Positions 57,767 through 64,000 of a stretch of DNA of 64,000 bases are shown here, piece after piece. Source of the DNA: Tissierellales bacterium. Lineage in GTDB: Bacteria > Bacillota > Clostridia > Tissierellales > VENL01. A program made the position numbers and the translations under genes. Position 1 is the first letter of the stretch, and every line of letters starts with the position of its first letter. The DNA is taken from NCBI GenBank assembly GCA_028280805.1, contig JANQLB010000053.1, forward strand, positions 1,372-65,371, in the 5' to 3' direction. The notes under the pieces are model-generated. The model saw only the letters and a program-made list of their open reading frames with translations. It was not told the DNA's origin and did not search any database.

Positions 57767-59364
57767 TTAGTAATAACTCTGTCTTCTTTATCTGTTTTAC
57801 CCCTTTTAATGCTTCCATCTTCTAGTTTAATATAGCTGTCAGCTACCTTGTTAATGAAGTATCTGTCATGAGAAACGAATATTAGTGTTCCGTCATAATC
57901 TAAAAGGGCTTTTTCTAGTATTTCCTTTGAACTAATATCTAGATGATTTGTAGGCTCATCCATTATTAATAAGTTAGGTTTTAAAGATAAAAGCTTAGCA
58001 AAGGTTAATCTTATTCTCTCACCACCACTTAAGCATGATATTTTCTTTTTTACATCATCTTGGTAAAACATAAATTGAGCTAATAGACTTCTGGCTTGAA
58101 AGTTATTATAACCTAAGTATAAGTGTATCTCATCTAATAATGTATTAGTATCATTAAGCTGTTTATGCTCTTGGTCAAAATAACCAATTTCCACACCATT
58201 ATCAAAGTTAATTATACCTGAAGATGCTTCTATTAAACCGTTAAGTATCTTCAGTAAAGTAGATTTACCTATTCCGTTTTCTCCTAATATTGCAATCTTT
58301 TCTCCCCATTTTACCTCAAAACTTATATTTTCAAATAAAACTTTATTCTCAAACTGTTTACTAAGTTCTTTTACTTTTAAAGCTACACCGGACTTATTAT
58401 GGTTTGTTTTAAAAGATAAATTCATAGTTTTATCATGAGCAGGTTTATTAATTTTAGGCAGATTTTCCAGCATAATTTCTCTGTTTTTGATTTGTGAAAA
58501 CTTTTTCTGCTTTCTAAAATTTATTATTTGCTCTTCAAGCCTTTTCCTTTCTTTATCAATACTAATATAATCTCTTCTTTGCTGTTGTAATTCAATATTC
58601 TTTAGCTCAATATATTTAGTGTAGTTTCCCTTATACTCTTTAAGAGTTTTGTGTTTTAATTCTAAAACTTTATTTACTGTTCTATCCATAAAATATCTAT
58701 CATGAGATACCAATAGAACAGCTCCTTTATAGTATTTAATGTACTTCTCCAGCCATTCTATAGAAGCAATATCTAAGTGATTAGTAGGTTCATCTAACAG
58801 TAATAAATCAGGGTTATACGCCAATAGCTTTGCCAGCTTAATTTTTGTCTTTTCTCCACCGCTAAAACTTTCTATCCTCTGGTTAAATTGACTGTCATTA
58901 AAACTTAAGCCGTATAATACTTGATTAATTCTTGTATCAATGTTATATCCATCATTTATCTCATATTGCTCTACTAATTTGCCATATTTTTTTGTGATCT
59001 CATCAAGCTTTTCTTTATTAGAATATACTTCTTTAGATGCCAGCATCATCTCATAGTCCAATATTTTTCTCTTTAAATTAAATAAACTTTTAAAAGATGT
59101 AAGCATCTCTTCATATAGTGTGTTATATTCATTCAATCCGGTTGCTTGATTTAAAATTCCTATAGTAATATTCTTGGCAAAAAGTATTTTTCCACTATCA
59201 TAATCATCTTGACTCATGACTATATTCAAAAGAGTGGTTTTCCCCTCTCCATTATTTCCAATCAAAGCTACTCTATCTACTTCATTTATTTGAAAGGATA
59301 CATTACTAAAAATGTTCCTTATACCAAACCATTTTTCTAAATTATTAATTGACAAAATACTCAT
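57763..59364 (-). CDS. ABC-F family ATPase (two NBDs, no TMD; translation factor or antibiotic-resistance ARE-type)
   Basis: Two Walker A motifs (GNNGEGKTT, GENGIGKST), two signatures (FSGGEKTK, LSGGERIR) and a basic inter-domain linker (QQQRRDYISIDKERKRLEEQIINFRKQKK). Confidence 0.9.
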   Translation of the reverse strand: MSILSINNLEKWFGIRNIFSNVSFQINEVDRVALIGNNGEGKTTLLNIVMSQDDYDSGKILFAKNITIGILNQATGLNEYNTLYEEMLTSFKSLFNLKRKILDYEMMLASKEVYSNKEKLDEITKKYGKLVEQYEINDGYNIDTRINQVLYGLSFNDSQFNQRIESFSGGEKTKIKLAKLLAYNPDLLLLDEPTNHLDIASIEWLEKYIKYYKGAVLLVSHDRYFMDRTVNKVLELKHKTLKEYKGNYTKYIELKNIELQQQRRDYISIDKERKRLEEQIINFRKQKKFSQIKNREIMLENLPKINKPAHDKTMNLSFKTNHNKSGVALKVKELSKQFENKVLFENISFEVKWGEKIAILGENGIGKSTLLKILNGLIEASSGIINFDNGVEIGYFDQEHKQLNDTNTLLDEIHLYLGYNNFQARSLLAQFMFYQDDVKKKISCLSGGERIRLTFAKLLSLKPNLLIMDEPTNHLDISSKEILEKALLDYDGTLIFVSHDRYFINKVADSYIKLEDGSIKRGKTDKEDRVITK

Positions 59365-59384
59365 CTTTATTACCTCCAGAACAT

Positions 59385-59490
59385 AAAGTAAGACTCAGTT
59401 CAGGTGGAGTTTTAACTCCATCTGAACGCATAGTCGTCTTATCCGAATACTATGCAATTCTTTACTCATAGCTTTGAAGTGGGAGTATTA
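59385..59490 (-). other. copy B of the conserved intergenic element, forming the proximal ABC-F leader
   Basis: Paralogue of 13554-13640 carrying an extra perfect hairpin GTTCAGGTGGAGTT-tta-ACTCCATCTGAAC (59399-59428). It ends 8 nt from the ABC-F SD. Confidence 0.55.
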
Positions 59491-59532
59491 GAATTGTAAG
59501 CTATCGGATAAAGTAAATTATTTTAAACTTTA

Positions 59533-59550
59533 ATGCCCATGAGGTCACAT
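59533..59550. repeat. pairing motif copy 1 (ATGCCCAT-g-AGGTCACAT on plus)
   Basis: Reverse complement of copy 2 apart from the spacer length. Confidence 0.7.
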
Positions 59551-59611
59551 TTTTTATTTTAATATATGATTTTGATTTAAATTTCAATGATTAAGAATAA
59601 TGATTGATTAA

Positions 59612-59649
59612 AAGTAAAAAACAAAAAAACATGGTATTTACCCATGTTT
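59612..59649 (-). terminator. strong intrinsic terminator inside the ABC-F upstream region
   Basis: Minus strand AAACATGGG-taaata-CCATGTTT is followed by TTTTTGTTTTTTAC. Confidence 0.7.
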
Positions 59650-59751
59650 ACTCTCATTAAATTTACTTAATTCTGTACAAAAACAACCATGTAAATAATA
59701 TTACTAAAACAGAATTAAATACGGACTTTGGGTAAATTTTTTTCTACTTTT

Positions 59752-59772
59752 ATGTGACCTGAAAATGGGCAT
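59752..59772. repeat. pairing motif copy 2 (ATGTGACCT-gaaa-ATGGGCAT on plus)
   Basis: Complementary to copy 1 (9+8 nt) and to copy 3 (8 nt). Confidence 0.7.
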
Positions 59773-59856
59773 AGCTATCCCGTTATTCTATCTTAAGACA
59801 GAATCATAAAAGAACTTACCAAAAATTCCGTTTTTTTGCTGGTAATTCTTTCAAAA

Positions 59857-59864
59857 CAGGTCAC
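59857..59864. repeat. pairing motif copy 3 (CAGGTCAC on plus)
   Basis: Same orientation as the AGGTCAC of copy 1 and complementary to GTGACCTG of copy 2. Confidence 0.5.
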
Positions 59865-59906
59865 TTAAATCATCACTCCTCTCATTAAAATTTAATATTT
59901 GTTTAT

Positions 59907-59935
59907 ATTATACCCATAATCTGTTGTATAATCAA
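59907..59935 (-). promoter_or_regulatory. putative sigma-A promoter firing toward the ABC-F gene
   Basis: Minus strand TTGATT (59930-59935), a 17-nt spacer, then TATAAT (59907-59912). Confidence 0.55.
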
Positions 59936-60048
59936 GGAAAATACATTTTAAAAATATAATAATTACAATTAATATATTTAATTTTAAAAACCAATAATAT
60001 AATTGTAAGCAAAAGTGCTTGCAAAAAATTCTCCACGGAGGTTATTTA

Positions 60049-60333
60049 ATGCATAATTATACAAATAATTTTGAAATGAATTTAAGGTCTTTTGAAATTC
60101 AAGAAGCTAGAAATAGAATGAACTCAGCTAATGCTAATCAATCTAGCTTAGGATTAAATGCCTCGGTTAATAATTTGAATTCAGACACAACTTCATATCT
60201 AAATAATTATACTAATTTATCTTCATTAAATCAAGTTCCTAACTTAAACAATACACTTTCAGTTGATTATAATGAAGTTCAACATGCTAAGGGAAAAATG
60301 CATGAAAGTTCAACTACAAATTTAATGTCATAA
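60049..60333 (+). CDS. hypothetical Asn/Ser-rich low-complexity protein
   Basis: Start at MHNYTNN behind CGGAGG; the ORF-track start is 60019. A terminator lies directly downstream. Confidence 0.55.
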   Translation: MHNYTNNFEMNLRSFEIQEARNRMNSANANQSSLGLNASVNNLNSDTTSYLNNYTNLSSLNQVPNLNNTLSVDYNEVQHAKGKMHESSTTNLMS

Positions 60334-60345
60334 CTTTTTTAACAA

Positions 60346-60379
60346 TAAACAGGCTAGGTCTTTATCTAGCCTGTTTTTA
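60346..60379. terminator. bidirectional intrinsic terminator
   Basis: AAACAGGCTAG-8 nt-CTAGCCTGTTT is followed by TT. Confidence 0.75.
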
Positions 60380-60389
60380 GTTAAAATTA

Positions 60390-60746
60390 TTAGTATCTAA
60401 ATCCGGGTCCGTAACCATAACCGTAATATGGAGTTCTTCTTCTTCTAAATAAACTACCTAATAATAAAAGTGCTATAAAATCTCTTGCTAACCTCCCTCT
60501 TCCATAGAAAGGTCTACGTAACATACCTATACTTCTAGTACGATTTCTTCTCTCACCAATATCTTCTTTAAGCTCCGGAAGTTCTTCTACTAATTCATCA
60601 TATATTTCGTTAACCATTTCATCAAGTTTTTCATTAGATGGGAGAGTTTGAGCTGGCAACTCATTGATATGTCTGTTTATACAATCGTTTACTATGGGCT
60701 CAACACGGTTATAAAGCTCAGGATACATATTTGCATAATTGTCCAC
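60390..60746 (-). CDS. hypothetical protein with acidic core and Arg/Gly/Tyr-rich tail (spore-coat-like composition)
   Basis: SD AAGGAGGTAAGG upstream. C-terminus is RRRRTPYYGYGYGPGFRY. No family recognised. Confidence 0.6.
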   Translation of the reverse strand: MDNYANMYPELYNRVEPIVNDCINRHINELPAQTLPSNEKLDEMVNEIYDELVEELPELKEDIGERRNRTRSIGMLRRPFYGRGRLARDFIALLLLGSLFRRRRTPYYGYGYGPGFRY

Positions 60747-60873
60747 TACCTTACCTCCTTACTTTTATACATTTTTTTATTTAATAATAGTTTATGTTTA
60801 AGATTGTATTTTGCTACTATATCTCTTGTAAGATGAGGTAAGTAATCTTAAAAAAATTTAAATTCATATTAAA

Positions 60874-61656
60874 CTAAATTATCTCCACTTTATTCATTCT
60901 ATATATTGCTGTCAAGTTAAGAACCACAACATATAATGCAACTGCTACAATAGTTATTATCATAGATTCAGTATAAGATTGATCAGTTGAAGAATTTATC
61001 AATATATTTTCTGCTAAAGTTATCAGATTACTCGGGAGAAAATTTCTTAAGTTAGTGATGTTTTTAAATCCAGATAAAATAAAACTTATTCCTAATGAAC
61101 TAATGCCTACAAATAACTTTTTCTTTAGAAAACTACCTAAGCATATTATCAGAGAAACAATAAAAATGTAATATATTGAAAATAAGCAGGCAACATTTAA
61201 TACATCTATTATATTAACCGGTTCTTCAATAAACAATATGGATGAGTAATAATAATTTATACAAAAACCTAAAAATATACACACTAGTAATACTACACTA
61301 TATACTATACTTTTTCCTGTTATTATACCAGTCACTAAAACACCCTTTGAATATGGGAAAACTAAGGTTTTATTTTGTCTCTCATCTACCAATAGTCCCA
61401 TTAATGTTAATATTACTACTATATTTATAATCTGTGATATATCTTTAATATAGTTCTGCACAGCAAAAAATTGTGTTATATTAAAAAGCTGTGTTATTTC
61501 TTCTGGGAATTGCCCGGCAAGCAATATTGGAAGAAGCTTAAGCATTAGTGGATTAAGAACTGCAAATATCACCATAGTTAATAGTAAAACTAAAAACCTG
61601 TAACTTCTAAAACCTTCAATTATTTCCTTCTTAACATATGCTTTAAAGCTTTTCAT
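60874..61656 (-). CDS. ABC-2 exporter permease (YxlG-like)
   Basis: 260 aa with six TM helices. Overlaps the upstream ATPase gene by 14 nt. Confidence 0.75.
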   Translation of the reverse strand: MKSFKAYVKKEIIEGFRSYRFLVLLLTMVIFAVLNPLMLKLLPILLAGQFPEEITQLFNITQFFAVQNYIKDISQIINIVVILTLMGLLVDERQNKTLVFPYSKGVLVTGIITGKSIVYSVVLLVCIFLGFCINYYYSSILFIEEPVNIIDVLNVACLFSIYYIFIVSLIICLGSFLKKKLFVGISSLGISFILSGFKNITNLRNFLPSNLITLAENILINSSTDQSYTESMIITIVAVALYVVVLNLTAIYRMNKVEII

Positions 61657-62569
61657 TTTTGTTCACCACCCTTATAAAAACGTCCTCAAGGTTGCTTTTT
61701 CTCTTATTGTATGAGAGAACTTGGATATTAGAATTGGCTATTACTTTTAATAGTTGATCTTTTGCTTTTTCTTGGTCATTTACATATATGCTCATAATGT
61801 TTTTATCAGTCTTTAATTTATCTACCCATTGATATGTCAATAGTTTGCTTTCCAGCTGAGGATTTAATGACTCCAGCTCTATATCATATACAGGTAAAAT
61901 ATACTTCGACATTAAGCTGTCTAAGCTACCTTGCAGTATTATATTTCCATCATCGAGGATAGCAATTTCATCACTTACCCTTTCTATGTCACTTAAAATA
62001 TGAGTAGAAAGAAATACTGTAATATTATTGTCACTTAGATCTTGAATAATTTCTAATATATCTCTGCGACCCTCCGGGTCTAAAGCAGATGAAGGCTCAT
62101 CTAAAAATAGTATGCTGGGATTGTTATAAACTGCTGCAGCCAAACCAAGCCTCTGTTTCATTCCTCTGGAATATCCTCCTATCTTTCTTTTTCCATCTTT
62201 TTTTAGTTTTATTTTTTCTAATAATTCTCCAGTTTTCTTGTAAATTTCTTTTCGAGTTAGACCACTGATTTCACCTATAAATTTCAAATATTCATAAGCA
62301 TTCATATATGGATAAAATTTAGGTTCTTCAGGTAAATACCCAATTTGCTTTATGATTTTTTTTCTGGATAATTTCATATCTAAATCATTAATAATGACCT
62401 TTCCTTGATTATAATTAATTAACCCTGCTAATATGTTCATGGTAGTCGACTTTCCAGTTCCATTTTGTCCTAGAAATCCATATACTGTTCCTTTTTTAAC
62501 TTCGAAGCTTATCCCTTTTAAAACCTCATGACTTCCGTATCTTTTAAATAAATTATCCACTCTAATCAT
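61643..62569 (-). CDS. ABC transporter ATP-binding protein (YxlF-like)
   Basis: GQNGTGKST, YSRGMKQR and LFLDEPSSALDP motifs. Confidence 0.88.
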   Translation of the reverse strand: MIRVDNLFKRYGSHEVLKGISFEVKKGTVYGFLGQNGTGKSTTMNILAGLINYNQGKVIINDLDMKLSRKKIIKQIGYLPEEPKFYPYMNAYEYLKFIGEISGLTRKEIYKKTGELLEKIKLKKDGKRKIGGYSRGMKQRLGLAAAVYNNPSILFLDEPSSALDPEGRRDILEIIQDLSDNNITVFLSTHILSDIERVSDEIAILDDGNIILQGSLDSLMSKYILPVYDIELESLNPQLESKLLTYQWVDKLKTDKNIMSIYVNDQEKAKDQLLKVIANSNIQVLSYNKRKSNLEDVFIRVVNKNEKL

Positions 62570-62777
62570 TTAAATATTCCCTTCTTCCAAACAGTAAGAA
62601 TGATATGGAGCCTAGAATAGAAACCGCTAAGACTATAATTATCCAAATAGGCTTAGTTAAATTTTTCACACCATTCTTAATTATTAAATAGATGCAAAAA
62701 GCCTTTAAAGCGAATTCCAAGATAATAAATGGTAATATCAGCTTAATTAACTCCATTATACCTAATCCATCAAACAT
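62562..62777 (-). CDS. PLD-nuclease-N-terminal-domain small membrane protein (YxlE-like)
   Basis: 71 aa with two TM helices and the motif KPIWIIIVLAVSILGSISFLLFGR typical of PLDc_N. First gene of the 3-gene module. Confidence 0.7.
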   Translation of the reverse strand: MFDGLGIMELIKLILPFIILEFALKAFCIYLIIKNGVKNLTKPIWIIIVLAVSILGSISFLLFGRREYLND

Positions 62778-62905
62778 ATTTTATTCCCCTTTCTTTTTTG
62801 ATCACATAAATCTAAATCACTAATATAACGTTTAAAAATGTAAAAAGTTCAATGGAACTTAATTTTTTTCTTTAAACTTACCTAACTTGTATTTGAATAA
62901 TGATT

Positions 62906-62934
62906 TTGAAAATAATGAATAAGTATGATATAAT
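62906..62934 (+). promoter_or_regulatory. near-consensus extended -10 sigma-A promoter
   Basis: TTGAAA (62906-62911), a 17-nt spacer including TGa, then TATAAT (62929-62934). Confidence 0.6.
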
Positions 62935-62961
62935 GTATACAGAGTCATTAAATGTCTTGAG

Positions 62962-62997
62962 AAGATATACCTGCTTGGGTATATCTTTATTTTATTT
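62962..62997 (+). terminator. leader terminator 1
   Basis: AAGATATACC-tgctt-GGGTATATCTT is followed by TATTTTATTT. Confidence 0.65.
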
Positions 62998-63005
62998 ATC
63001 AAGGA

Positions 63006-63050
63006 AAAGCGTGCCATTTTATATACTAAAAATGGTACGCTTTTAAAATT
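63006..63050 (+). terminator. leader terminator 2
   Basis: AGCGTGCCATTTT-atatact-AAAATGGTACGCT is a 13-bp stem with one G-U pair, followed by TTTTAAAATTTT. It ends 4 nt before the methyltransferase SD. Confidence 0.65.
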
Positions 63051-63067
63051 TTGAAAGGAGTGTTAAT

Positions 63068-63907
63068 ATGAGGTTGGAAAATGTTAAAAGGAATGAGAGG
63101 TTAGAAGAAATTTTCAACAGAGTAGCTGCAAATTTTGATAGCGTTGGTCCAAAGTACTTTTCTTATTTTGGAAAGAAATTAGTTGAGTATGCAAAAGTCA
63201 ATGAAGGAGCAATTTTACTGGATGTAGCATGTGGTAGAGGGGCTTCATTATTTCCAGCTATTTGTAGTGTTGAAAAAAATGGTCAAGTTATAGGAGTTGA
63301 CTTTTCACAAGAGATGATTAAAGAAACACAGTCAATTATTAGTTTACAGGGTTTGTGTAATGTTAAACTTATACAAATGGATGCTGAAAAATTAGATTTT
63401 CCTGACAGTAGTTTCGATAATGTTTTATGTGGACTATCAATACCTTTTTTCTCTGATTCTTTAAGAGCTATCGATGAGATGTATAGAGTATTAAAAGAAG
63501 GAGGTAGACTTGGATTAAGTACATGGAAAAAGAGGGAGAAGAAAGGAGTGTTAGATAAAGTATATACAAAACTCTTTCTTGAAAATCAAGATAACAACTC
63601 TAACAATACTACTAGTAAACCTGATTTTGGGTCAGTTGAAGGAATAGAGAAAATTTTAAAGAATGCAGGATTTAAAAATATTGAGATATTTGTTGAAAAG
63701 AAAACTTTCTATTATAGGGATGCTGAAGAGTGGTGGCAAGAGCAATGGTCAAATGCTACTCGTGGATTTTTTGAACATATTGAAAGTATTGGTCCAGATG
63801 CTCTAGAAAGATTTAAAAAGGCAGTATTTATTGAGATTATGGATAACAGTGATGCTAATGGTATACGATTTGATGCAGATGTGTTATTTAGTTTTGGACA
63901 TAAATAA
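63068..63907 (+). CDS. class I SAM-dependent methyltransferase (Methyltransf_11/UbiE-like)
   Basis: LLDVACGRGAS (motif I), VIGVDFS and LKEGGRLGLSTW. SD AAAGGAG. Substrate unknown. Confidence 0.8.
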   Translation: MRLENVKRNERLEEIFNRVAANFDSVGPKYFSYFGKKLVEYAKVNEGAILLDVACGRGASLFPAICSVEKNGQVIGVDFSQEMIKETQSIISLQGLCNVKLIQMDAEKLDFPDSSFDNVLCGLSIPFFSDSLRAIDEMYRVLKEGGRLGLSTWKKREKKGVLDKVYTKLFLENQDNNSNNTTSKPDFGSVEGIEKILKNAGFKNIEIFVEKKTFYYRDAEEWWQEQWSNATRGFFEHIESIGPDALERFKKAVFIEIMDNSDANGIRFDADVLFSFGHK

Positions 63908-64000
63908 GATATTAAATTGTAATAAAACAAAAAACGATAGCTTCTCAATTATGAGCTATTGTCTTATATGATAAATAAAAATCTGTAAACAATTTTATCA

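Noticed and set aside
59573-59641. 22-aa hydrophobic ORF (MGKYHVFLFFTFNQSLFLIIEI) that could look like a type I toxin.
   Set aside because: Its start codon lies inside the terminator stem, and its Phe/Leu-rich sequence is simply the translated U-tract. There is no antisense RNA or SD evidence.
62931-63047. 38-aa ORF (MYTESLNVLRRYTCLGISLFYLSRKSVPFYILKMVRF) covering the methyltransferase leader.
   Set aside because: Its ATG overlaps the -10 hexamer, so it would not be in the transcript. It also has no SD.
1-64000. CRISPR arrays, tRNA/rRNA genes, IS elements, integrases, prophage genes, toxin-antitoxin pairs and known defence systems.
   Set aside because: No regularly spaced direct repeats, no tRNA-like or rRNA-like G+C-rich segments, and no ORF with transposase, recombinase, nuclease-helicase or reverse-transcriptase motifs were found. 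All G+C-rich intergenic patches are accounted for by the cobalamin riboswitch, terminators or the hairpins described.

Overview
This is a very AT-rich chromosomal segment. Spot counts of 60-nt lines give roughly 20-30% G+C. The gene content points to a spore-forming anaerobic low-GC Firmicute of Clostridia type: sspH, a spoVB-like flippase, nrdDG and the anaerobic cbi pathway.

**Layout**
- 0.4-13.5 kb: a ~12.7-kb minus-strand anaerobic cobalamin operon, cbiK, ferredoxin, a BtuFCD-like importer, then cbiA-C-D-E-T-L-F-G-H-J. It sits behind a clearly recognisable cobalamin riboswitch with its B12 box and terminator.
- 13.7-40.9 kb: mostly housekeeping and sporulation genes. These are a spoVB-like flippase, cvfB, DUF421, a QueG-like Fe-S protein, NIF3, sspH, an ArsR/permease/thioredoxin-like module, an MCP, murI, glnS, nrdDG, an M28 peptidase, thiDE and a Zn/Cd-type P-type ATPase.
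- 41-62.8 kb: an accessory-looking envelope and efflux region. It holds five ABC exporter modules, a NarL-type two-component system, a PAP2 phosphatase, an MFS pump with a regulator, an ABC-F ATPase, a CrtI-family oxidoreductase, an sn-glycerol-1-phosphate dehydrogenase and an MscS channel.
- 63.0-63.9 kb: a SAM-dependent methyltransferase.

I found no rRNA, tRNA, CRISPR array, transposase, integrase or recognisable phage or defence gene.

**Most unusual observations (all non-coding or architectural)**
- A higher-GC 1.8-kb insertion carrying a beta-lactamase-fold hydrolase, bracketed by ~51-nt direct repeats that duplicate a gene end plus its terminator.
- A ~75-110-nt element present twice, upstream of the cbi promoter and immediately upstream of the ABC-F gene.
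- A promoter-to-terminator unit with mutually exclusive long-range pairings in the 680-bp gap upstream of the ABC-F gene.
- Two tandem intrinsic terminators between a near-consensus promoter and the methyltransferase start.
- A structured candidate sRNA next to sspH.

I do not see a convincing novel multi-gene protein system. Coordinates of RNA and regulatory features were derived by hand and are approximate.
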